A stretch of 63,196 bases of DNA, from assembly GCA_900547975.1 (NCBI GenBank), contig URIX01000005.1, forward strand, positions 1-63,196, given 5' to 3'. The first letter of the stretch is position 1, and each line of letters starts with the position of its first letter. Position numbers and translations under genes: made by a program. Below are positions 13,901-25,900 of the stretch, in pieces. Below the pieces are notes generated by a model. That model was not told the origin of the DNA, did no database searches, and saw only the letters and a program-made list of their open reading frames with translations. The DNA is from an uncultured Eubacteriales bacterium. Its GTDB lineage: Bacteria > Bacillota > Clostridia > Christensenellales > CAG-917.

Positions 13901-16900
13901 CAAGTTACTATGACGTAAAGAAAGTCAACGTTTACATCAAACTTGCAGAAAAAGTATATGTTCTCTATGCAGACGCGACGCAAACGCAACTTAACAAGTG
14001 CGAAAAGGTTGCCGAACTTCAAAACAACTATTTGGTCAGAGTTCCGAAACTCTACTACTATGCGTCCGAAAATGCAGAAGAACCCGTAGCGGTCAACTTC
14101 CGATACAGTGTCGTCAAACCGCTTCAAGCGCGCAACGAATTCCTCTCGGTCAACCTCTATTTGTGGAATCACAAGTTGTCGGTTGCAATCAACGCACCGT
14201 CCGTGGGCGTAACCAAGTTCCAATACATCACAGGACAAGAAGCGATTGACGACAATTACAGGTTGGTAAAAGCGGACGAAGTACTCGAAGAAGGCACGAA
14301 ACGCTACAACAGGAATGACGACGGAACATACACCGAAGCAGAAAACGGAAAATATGTTGCGCAAGAAAAGCCTAAGTATGCAATCAAGAGCGTTGCGGCA
14401 GGCGCACGTTATATCAACACCGACGAAGACATCTACACCAGTGTGGACAAAGAATCCGACGGTTTGAGCAACTGGGAATTCGATTACTACACCGGCGGCA
14501 AATTCGATGTGCAAAAGTACTCGGATGCTGAAAACTACGCAGGTCCTCGTTACTACGAGTATAAAGGCGAACTCATAGCAATCACCAAAGACTCGTTGTT
14601 CGTCAAGAACGGCAATCAATACGTTCAAGCGGCTCTTGACAAGACTGCGGAAACACCGACTACAAGTTGGGCTTTATTCCCCGACTTCATCGCGGAAATC
14701 GAGAACAACGGTGCGGAATACTATGTCGAGAACACGGCGAAGACCGCGTATGTGCGCGTACAAAGAACATTTATCTATAAGAAGTACACATACAATACCG
14801 AAAAGAAAGTCCTTCTTCCCGCAACCGATGATTGCGCTCCCAAAGACTACTTCATCAAGGTTCAACAGAACAGTTCGGTTGAAAAACCCGACTTCTCGAA
14901 GCCCGAATATGCGAAATACGCATACAAGGAGTATGTCGACAGCGATAACCTCTACTACATCTCTCTTGCATTGAGAGGCAGTCTGTTCATTCAAGCGGGC
15001 AAGATTTACTTCGACTATGCAACGTACAAGGGAGTGTACAACTCTGTCGTCAACAAGATAACCGATGAAAATTTGTATCAAGAAGTTCCGAACAGCGTTC
15101 TTGAGAAGATTGCATACAAGAAATTCCAAGGCGACTACGTCAGAGTTACCGATACAACGGAAATCGCACAACTCAAAAACAAAGGTTTGTATGTTTTGGT
15201 CAACGGTGAACTCGACGAGAAGTACAGCGGCGCGAACGAAGTGCTCGGCGACGTTTTGGGCAACTTGCTCGGCGCAATGACCGGCAAATTCCAAATCGCG
15301 GAAGATATGACGTTCAACATCTACTTCTCGCTCAGATTGAATCTCGGCTTCAAACTCTACATTCTTCCGTCGTTCAGCATCGACATTCGCGACCTTGACG
15401 TTGCAATCGACGTTTGGGGCGAACAAAACGACTTGCTCGACGACGGCACGGGCAAAAACTACGTCACGAGCAAAGACAGAGACGAAAACAACTACAAAGT
15501 CAAGTTGCTCGACGGCACGAAGCCTCATATTCTCGGAATCTACTACGACAACGACAAAGACACCGGCAAAGCGGGTCTTTACATCGACGCGGAAGCACTG
15601 CTCGGCAAAGAAGCAAAACTCTTTGTGGATATGAGCGAGTACTCTCTCGAAGAAGTGATTACGGGGCTTGTGGCAGGCATCGGCAAAGGCTCTTCCGCAC
15701 AAGACGCGTCCGTTGCTTCCGATGATGTGACGAATCTCAATCCCGACAAACAAAGTGCAGATACGACGAGTTTGTTTGTCAACATATTCACCAACGCGCT
15801 CGCACTCAACGTGACGTCGGGCTTTGCAAAAGTTCTTATCAAAGAACTTATGCCCGACAACGCAAGCATTGCGGATATGTTGCCCAACCTCAAAGTTTAT
15901 CTCAAACAAAATCTCAGACCGTACGACATTACGATTGGCGCAATTCTCTTCAACGAGAAGGGCGATGTTCCCGTGTTCAATCTCGGGCTTAACATTCAAG
16001 GTTTGAACGGCGTAGACGGCGAGTCCTCGTCCATCGAGTTTGGCAGAAAAGAAGACATTTTGAAAACGCAACAAGGCTCCAACGCCATCTTCTACTATGC
16101 GAACTTCTACCGCGACAACGGCAACACCGATTACAGCAACTACTACGGCAAGAACTACAACGCAAAAGACTACGTCAAACTCAAACGCGACGAAGCGACA
16201 GGTTACGATTATATCGAGAACGCAGACGGCTCGAAGGGCGCTCTCTACACGGGCACAGACGCGGACGGCAAAACGTTTGCAGGCCCCGAAGACAGATATA
16301 TGAAGGCTGCGCCCGTTATGAGCGAAGTGCTCGCTTCAAGACAGATGGCGTTCAAGGGCGACCTCTACACCGACGTCGACGGCGTGTATATGCTCGTTTA
16401 CAAACGCCTCAACGACATCGCAGGCAACAACAACCTCGACGAAGACACGTACAGAGAGTACAGAAACCTTGTCAACACCAACCAATTTGCGACCTACACG
16501 GGCACGCTCTACGTTGTCGACAGCAACGGCAACTTCGTCAAGACGGACAAAGACACGCTCAAGGGCTTCACGGGCGAGGGCAATTTGCAATACGCTCTTG
16601 CAAGCAACTACACGAGCGCAACCGTAAGCGAAAAGAGCAAAGCGGTTGTCTACAACGGACAAACCTATTATCCGATTGACACCAACGGCAACGGATACAC
16701 CGATATGAGTGAAGCGGACACGTTCGCAAGGAACTATCCGAGTGCTAAGGTTTACAAGCAAGTCACCGATTTCACCAACTACACCAAAGCGTTGGCACTC
16801 AATCTCGGCGATTTGCTCGGCGGCGGCACATTTGATGTTGCAAGCGTGCTTGCGGGACTCGAAAGCGTCGAACTCGGAATGAGTCTTGACATCAAGGCGA

Positions 16901-19900
16901 CTCTCGACGATGTCATCAACTGGACATATCAATTCACGAGATTTATCGACGATCCGCAAATCAGTCAATATCTCTACTTTATAGCAACATCGCTTCAAGC
17001 CAACAAGGAATTCCAAAGCCTTATCGGTTTGAGCGTCGATCTCAAAGCGTATCTCAAACTCGCAAATCTCGTCAAGATGATTGCGGGCGACAAGAGCGTT
17101 GGCATTTTGCAAGCCCTCGAAGGCGCGAAGATTTATCTCGAATTGACCTACGAAACCAACTTCCACGGCAACCAGAAGCCGCAAGCGTTCTTGTGGGTGG
17201 AAATCAGAGGCGGCAAACTTTATCTCAATCTCGATATGAGCGAGATCGGCGACATCGTCGGTTGGGGCGACTTCTTCTCATACGGCGTTGTCGACGGACT
17301 CGATCTTTCGAGCATACTCGGCAGCAGTTCGACAACGGCAAGCGCACAAGCCTTTACGGCGGCCGATGACGAGGAAGCCAACACAGGTTTGATTCCGGCA
17401 AATATATGGAGCGTTCTCAATGTTGTTCTCGGCAGATTGCTCATCGCAAACGACTTCATCACGGTCGGACTCAACGAAACTCTTATCGCGGACCTCATCG
17501 GTATGCTCGCGGACAGCGACAGCGCAGTGCTTCAAGGCATAAGCGAGTTCTTGCCCAAACTTCACACGACCGATACGAAGGACACCAGCGGTATCACCAT
17601 CAACTTCTACGGCAACTCGCCCAGCATCGACATCAACCTCGGCTTCAAGGTTGGCACGCTCTATTACGAAACCGTAAACAACTTCAACGCGATGTACGGC
17701 AACGACGGCAAGTACTTCAAGGGAAGCAACTGGTCGGGCACAACGTTCAAGCAAGAAACGAGCGGCGAGTACACTGTAGGCAATGGCGCGGATAACGACA
17801 ACACATACGTTCTCGTATCCACCGACGATTACGCACTCGTTACGTACGCATATCCTGCTTGGGACGGCGACACTTACGACTACGACGCGACAGCGAACAA
17901 GTTCACGAAGCACACCGAAAGCGGCACGAAGGGCGCATACCTCAAACAAGGCGACTTCGCAATCGCAATTTCGCTCGGCAAACTTTATGCGAAAGTGAAC
18001 AAAGACTTCTCTGTCGACAAAGACGAGAAATTTGCCGATAGAAATGACGACAAGACAATCAAGTACGTTTATGTCGAATCCGCAAACGGCGAATACGTCA
18101 AGAATGCGGACGGAACGTATCGTCTTGCAACGGCTGCCGACATCGAAGAAGCGCATTACGCAAAACAAGCGTCATACGGCAACTATGTGAAGTTGCAAAA
18201 CGCAACGGCGCATCTTGAAATGTCGATTGAGATTTCCTTGTACGGAAGCGGCAAAGCGGCGGGCAAAGCCAACGAAATCGATTTGAGCGAAATTCTCGAT
18301 ATGATAATGGGGCTCATCAATCCCGGCAGCGCAATCAGCGGTTCTCAACTCAAACTCAACATCGTCAACGAATTCGGCAACGACCAAGGCGCGTTCCTCA
18401 CGCTCGACCTCGTTGCGAATATCGACGTTGAAACGTACAAAGTCGAACTCGGCCTCGAACTCAACAAGAAGACGGCAAGTATGACGACCGCAAAGACGTT
18501 GCTCGGCGTTTACCTCATCGAAAACGCAGTATATGTCGACCTCAGCGGTATACTCGGCGAAACGGCAAAGATTGCCGTGACCGATCTCAACCTTGACGGT
18601 TTGCTCGAAGGCGTACTCGGCAAGTTCTTGGGTCAAGAAGAATCCACCGACGCGTCGGGTGCAAGCGTTGCAAGCAAAGAAGACATCGGCACGATCGAAA
18701 AGAACAAAGATCATTTGAGAGAGTATGCATACTTCATGATCAACGTTACGCCGCAAAAACTCTTGTTGCAACTCAACGCAGACCTCGTCAACGCAATCTA
18801 CAAGAAGATTATGGCGATTCGCGGACTCGAACAAAAAGATTTGATTCCCGACATCGGCGATTTGCTTGTCAGAGTGGACGCTTCCGAGTCAGGTGCAAAG
18901 AAGTACGTCAAGATGACGGATGAAGAAAAGGCAAAACACAACGGCAAAACGTACAAGAAAGTCGGCGTAAGATACGTCGAAGTGACCGACGGAACGAAAG
19001 GCGATTATAAGCAAGACGGCAACAAGACTACAATCAGTCTCAATTTGAGATTCAGCGACGGCTTGTACTTCTGCCTCGACATTCCTGCGGGAAGCATAAC
19101 AAAAGACATAAGTCAAAGCGTTGCGAGCGTCTTTGGACTTTCGGTTGCCGAAAAGGATTTCTATAAATCTATTTCCGACAAAGAGTTGAGTTCGTATGAC
19201 GGAACAAGATATGCCAAAAAATCGGACGGAACGTACGAAACGGCTTCCGACTACGTTGACGGAGTGACATATTATGCTCCTATGGTTAAGCGTATCGACG
19301 ACAAGGAATTGTCAACGTATAGCGGCGACAAATTCGTCAAGAACGCAAACGGCAACAACGTGCTCAGTTCGCTTGCGATAAGCGAGGCAACGTACTATGC
19401 GCAATCGACGACGTACACGAAACTCGTGTTGAAGGACGGCAAACTCTATGACGGCGCAACCGAATTCCAAGGCGCGGTGTATGTCAAGCGTTACGGCGCA
19501 TATGAACTTTCTGCGGGCGCAAATTATGTTGCGACAACGAACTATTATAAACAAGACGTGACATACGTCGCACTTACCGCAAGAGACGGTATGCTCTACA
19601 ACGGAACGGAATTGTTCAAGGGCGACAAAGTGTACGTCGCAAAGACCGAAACCGCCGAAAACGGAGAAACGACGACGAGTTACGAACTCTCGACGAGATA
19701 CACTTTCTATCCGTATTATGCTCTCAAAAAAGAGCAGGTGCCGAGAGACTATATCGAAATTCTCTCTCTCGACCTCGAATCGCTTGTGAACGGTACGGGT
19801 ACGTTTGACATTTCGTCGCTCAATCTGCCCACAATCGGGCTCAAAGCGTCGCTCAACTTCACAATGACGTCGAAGAACCTCAAACCCGGACAAACCGGCT

Positions 19901-22900
19901 ATGACGAATCTCTCGCAGGCTGGACAAAGAATCTTCTTGCAAACTTGCTCAGCGGTCAGGCTATCTTCGGACAGTTCGGCACGCTCACTTGGCAAGACGA
20001 GAATACCCTTACCGACGGCGGAAAGGTCTATGACGGCAAAGTGTACGTCAAGAATGCAAAAGACGAATACGTTCTCTACACAGAAAAGACGTATGCGAAA
20101 GGCACAAAATACTTCAAGTATACTCTTGCGCCCATCAACATCACGATGGCAAACGAGATCAATCTCACCATCGATATCGCGGCGAACATTAATCTCGCGC
20201 CGATTCTCGCATACGGCATCGGCGGCATTTTGTACAGCGATATTGCGGTGGATATTATGCTCGGCAAACCCGTCGGCACAAAACTTCTCAGTCTCTACTA
20301 TCTCGGCTCTTCCAGACTTATGAAGAAAGACGGCGTAAACTGGGAACTCGGCATGGCAACAAGCGGCGCATATACGTCCAACGAAATCTATTCCGACGCC
20401 CTCTACGTTGACGCAAGCGGTTTGGGTCTTGGAAAGATCAAGTTCCAAGGCATTGCAGGCTTGCTCGGCGTAACTCCGAGTTACGGAGCCAAGACCGCGT
20501 CGGGCGCAAGCGTAAGCGCAGACGCAACGACGTCAGACGCGAACACCGTAGGTGCAAACGCGGCGGCAAGCAATGCGCTTTATTTGCAAATCGACATCCA
20601 AAACGGACGTCTCGGCGTGTCGTTTAACAATGCGTTCATCACAACGCTTATCGGAATGCTCGGACTCGACCTCGGCGACATCGAACTTCCGCCCATCAAG
20701 TCGGTCAAACTTGACGTGAACCTCGGTGCAAAGGGTCTCGATTCAATCAACCTCAATGCCTTGCTTGACAGCGTCGGCACAAGTGCGAACGTCAAGATCG
20801 ACAACGTCGAACTCGGCTTCGGCGAGAGCATGGTTGAATCCGCAAACCTCATCGAACAAGTGAAGACGGGCTACACCGGTTTGACCTTCTCGAAGACGTC
20901 GGGCATTATGAACCTCATCCAAAACGCCATTGACAGTTTGAAACCCGGTCTTTCCATCAACATCCAGAACAAAGTATGGCAGTTGACTCAAGCAAGAAAG
21001 GTCGCGACGTTGTATCAGGATTCCAGCATCACGCTCACAGGAAAGAAAATTCTTACATCAACCAAAATAGACGGTAGTAGTTCTTCACCCGAAAAATACA
21101 ATATTCATCTTGACTTAGCGAGCAACCGAACATCTATCGGACTCAAAGCGATTTTGGGAGGGAACAATATCTTTATCACCGACCTCTCGCTTCCGAGTGG
21201 TTTGGTAGGTAATATCGCCGGACTTGTTTCCGCACTCAAATGTCTCGATTTGGGCAGCATGATGGGCAAATCTCCGCTTCTTGCGCTTGTGAACGGCACG
21301 GACGGTGATGACGCAACCTACGAATATCCGTCCGCAAAGACGGCAGCCGAAACTTCAACGACTGCGGCAAGCGGGTGGAACAAAGACAAAACATCATACA
21401 CCTATCCGCTCAATCTTGAGAATCTCATCAAGAGCGTTGAAGTCAACCTGTTCAACGACAACGGATACTGGCCATATTTCGACAAAGCAACGGCGGTGTC
21501 CAACGGCGCAGGCAAGATTTCCGTCAAGGTCAAGCTCAACAAAGATTCGTACAACGAACTCATAATTATGGTCACGTCCATACTTATGGGCTTGATGAAA
21601 GACAAAATCAACAGTGACAACGGCGAGCCGTACTTCGGCGACGTACAAAAGGCGCGCGACGGCAAGACGAGCATAACCGGTAAAGGTCTGTCCTCTTATT
21701 TGATTGACGGTATCGGCGACACCAACGAAATCACCAAGTTCTACGACGGACTTGACGCGTTGGTCAAGAGAGGCGCGACTACGCAAGAGAAAGTCAACTA
21801 TGTCGAGCCGTTTGCAAGGTCATTGCCCGTAACGTTGACGAAGTGGGCGTTGTTGTTCGCACTCGACGCGGCAAACATATCGCTCGGTTACGGTACAATC
21901 CAAAATTTGGCGAGCGAGGTCATCGAGGGATTGAACTTCCTCATCGGCGGAATTCTTCCCATTCCGTTTGCAAGCGGTGAAATCGATCCTTCCGTCAATA
22001 TCTACGTCGACCTCAATCCGACGGCAAGCGAATACGGCTGCACCGGCGATCAAGTCGTAAAACCCGGTATTCAAGCCATTGAAATTATGGTCAATGCCGA
22101 GAAGAACGGCACCGGAACGGCAATGAAGTACAACAAAGCGCAAACCACCACCAAGAGCGAAATGAATCGTATGGCAAACGAAGGTGGCGCGGTTGCGGCA
22201 GGCTCGGCAGACAGCACGACAAACGAATTAAGCAACGCTTGGGACTTCTTTATGCTTCGCATAACGCCGTACAGCATAGTCGATACGTCAGCGCAGAAGT
22301 TCAACACCGGTATGCTGTACTTCGACGATGCGGAAAGCGCAGAAAAGGTGACAAACGAAGTCGCCGCACCCACCGAAATCGTAATCGACGATCCGGCAAC
22401 AAGATCGGGCAATGCAGTGAAGTCGGACGGTTCGTCGGTGCCTGTCACGCTTCGCGACAGCGCGTTCCTCGACGCAACGGTATTCCCGCAATACGCAAAC
22501 GTCAAATTCCCTGTCTATCTCAGCGGCAAGCAAATGCAGTCCTATGATTCTTCGGGCGATTACAAAGACGCAGTAGGCACACAAATCGTTTGGGATGCGG
22601 CAACCGTCGATTTGACCGCTGCAACTTCCGAAGACACAAACGGCAGACGTCTTGCAGGTTATGTGTACGGCTACGCGCTCAACGTCGTGCTTTACGCAAT
22701 CCCCGTCTACGTCACCAACGATAAGGAAGCGCAAACGCAATCCATCAAGGGATACTACAACATAAACGGCAAGTATACCGAAAAGGCACTGGGAATCGAC
22801 ATCGACACCAACAGTTCCAAGTATATGGCGGAACTTCCCGATCTCGTGAGAATCCCGTTCAGAACGGGCGGCAAGTACACGTTCGCAACCTATCTCAAGG

Positions 22901-25900
22901 ATTCTGCAGGCAATATGGCATATGCGGTCATCAATCCGATAAGCGGCGCACCGTCCGAAAACGGCTATCAAATCCTCGTCCAACCCACTCAAGAGGAAAT
23001 CGATAAAGGCGCGACGGCAAATCTCAACAAAGACGGCAACAAGTGTTTGTTGATGCCCGCATATATCGCAGGTCTTAAGACTGTCAAGGATAAAGACGGA
23101 AACGATGTTTATCAAACGGTCAAGATCAAGAACGAAGACGGCACGGAAGTCGAATACTACGTGCTTGACCGCAACAAATTGCCGAAGGGCAAACAATTCC
23201 CCGCAGGCACGATCGACTGGAATACGGACGACTTCAAGTACGATTGGCAAGGTTCGACAGAGTGGACGACGGGTGCGGGCAGCAACGTAGTCAAAGTCGG
23301 ATTCACCTATCAATGGGGTCTCGGCAAAGCGGTTACGGACACGATTTCGTTGACTGCGAAGAACTACAAGATTTCAAGACTCACGTCAATGTCCAACAAC
23401 GAGAGCGGCACGGTAACGCAAAACTTCAAGAGCGAGCGCGACAGTAATGGCAACTACACGACGATTCTCGAACTCAAAGCGATGGATATCGACGCAAGTA
23501 TGCAAAACCTCGTGACCTACCTCGGCGGATTCCGCTTAGTCAACGGCAAGTTCATCAACGAAAGTTCGATGACGGGCTTCGACGTCGAGTGGGATACGAC
23601 GGAACTCGCAAAAGCGCTTAACGCAATCACCACCAAAGATTCGAGCGGCAACGACGTCGTAAACTATTACAAGGGTCTTGACGTAACGGTAAAAGCAAAG
23701 GTCGGCGGCAAGAGATTCAGCATCTTCACGTCGGTCACGAAGAATCTCGTTTCGACGGACAAGAGCGGCTTTGTGGGCAAGAGCGAGAGTTTCGCAGGCA
23801 AGTTCGCGCAAGAAGTCAATGTCAGAATCGTAGTCAAACCGTATGTGTTCGCTTCTATGGCAAACGCGCTCGTATTCGATCAGTATCGTTATGAAACGAT
23901 AACCGCAGCCTCGTTCGGCAACTCATTCCGAATCAACGTCAAAGACGCAAGCGGAAACACGCGAGTCGAAAACTTGACGGTCGGCAACGGACTCAGCGTC
24001 GAAGCGCCGTTCATCAAAGCGGGCGAAACCTATCTCAACGCATACAATAATGCGGTGCACAAACTCACGTCCGACGAAATCACATACGAGGGATACAGCA
24101 ATCAAAGAGCATATCCGCTCTATGCGAAACTCGTCATCGGCACTGAATACAGCGGCAAGCAAGAGGTTTACGTTCCCATCGAAGTGAACGCGGTCAAACC
24201 CTCTGCGGTGACGATAAGCGTCGAACACGGCAACACTCTCAATCCGAAGTGGTACGAGAGATACGACGAGTTCAACGTTTCCGTCGGCAAGAACACGTAC
24301 ACGATGTTCCCCGACTGGACGACGGTGCAGTATTACACCAACGCCGCTTGCACGAAACTCAAATCGCAACAAAACATCTTTGACGGCGGTACGATTTACG
24401 CGCAAGTAGAAGCGTACGCAACTGCGGACGGCACGAAAGACGGCACGAAACTCGCTCTTGTCAACACAGGCAAGAAGGACGAGAGTGGCAAGCCTGTCTA
24501 TTCGGCGCAAAAGATAACGCTCAGACTCAACGTCGAGCAACAAACCATACAATCCGTAAACTTCTTCTACGACGAAACGATTGGCGACGTCGCGGCATAT
24601 TTGAGAAAATATGCAAGCGACGAAGCGAAACTCGCCGAACTCGAAGCAAAACTTGCGGACATCGACAACTACACCGGTAGCGTATATCAACAAACGCACG
24701 AAAAGGACGGCACTTGGTACGGCATTGACCCGATCAACTTTGCAACCAACCCGAGCGATTACTTCAAGACGAGTGATTGGGGCGACGCAAAGGGTGGCAC
24801 GCCTGTCAAGGTCAACTTGGTCAACGGAGAATCCTACATTGCATTCGTCAGAGCGTTTGACACTGTCGTTTCGGGCAAAGACGTCAAAGGCACGGGCAAT
24901 ACGCAAACCTGCTATATGACGATAGGCAACAACAAAGTTTCCTTCTACGTCAACATTCCGAGTTATGAATTTGTCGGCGGCGCAATGAGCGACGCGGAAA
25001 GCAAACTCACGTATGTAGACGGCAAAGTCGCAGGCACGAAAGACGATGCGAAAGACGATACGTTGAAACTCGCATACAACGTGTTCGACAAATGGAAGTT
25101 GCCGAGCACGGCGACCGTACAAACCGCACAAGGCGTCGGCGACACAACCGTTGACGTCAAGTGGGTTGATTACGCCGCGCCGAACAAGGACGAAGTGAAG
25201 TCCGACGCAGACGGCAAGTTGTACGTCGAGCGTAAGTACTTCTTCTTCGACGGACTCACGATGCGTTATCCGAGTGCGGACGCGTTCACGGCAAAGATTT
25301 ATCTTGAAAACTTCAACACGGAAGTGAAAGAAATCGTTCCCGACGGAATGAGCCTCAAATACGACGTATTCGACAAGTTCGAGTTCGCTCGCACCGCAAC
25401 CGTCTATATGAATGACGGAACGAAGCACGAAAACGTGCCTATCCGCTGGGAAAGCACGTCAATGCCGACTGCGGATGAAATCGAACAAGGCAGTTTCACT
25501 CGCAAGATTCGCATTCTCGGCGCATACGTCGAGGGTCAGGACATCTACAGCGACTACGTCGTGACCGTCAACAATGACTTCAAGATTGACACGCTCTTGA
25601 ACGAATTCAAGACGGAAATCACCGGCGACTACAAGGCAGGCAACTTTGCAATCGACGTTGCAAAAGACAACTTCTATCAAGGCTTGCCCAAGAGCGCAAA
25701 CGTCAAGGTCGGCACAAAGACGATCCCCGTCACGCTTGCGTGGAGCGACAACTACACCGCAGAGAGCGGCTTCAACGGCAATATGACTCTCACGATAACT
25801 TCCAAGGACGGCGACAACGTCGTGCTCGAAAGTGACGTGAACGTCGCCGTAAAAGTCGAATCCGCAGGTATCACGGGTCTTGCGAAGGGACAAAAGTACG

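Noticed and set aside
12064-14628. Very long antisense ORFs inside the giant gene (854 aa here; also 4360-6204 with 614 aa, 14674-16074 with 466 aa, 23923-25428 with 501 aa, 25459-26889 with 476 aa, and others)
   Set aside because: These are shadow ORFs. They lie entirely antisense to a frame with strong coding character. Their translations are low-complexity (V/F/R/C/A-rich runs such as VVVF and RRR) and they have no RBS. The GAC/GTC/AAC-rich codon usage of the sense strand suppresses stop codons on the opposite strand.
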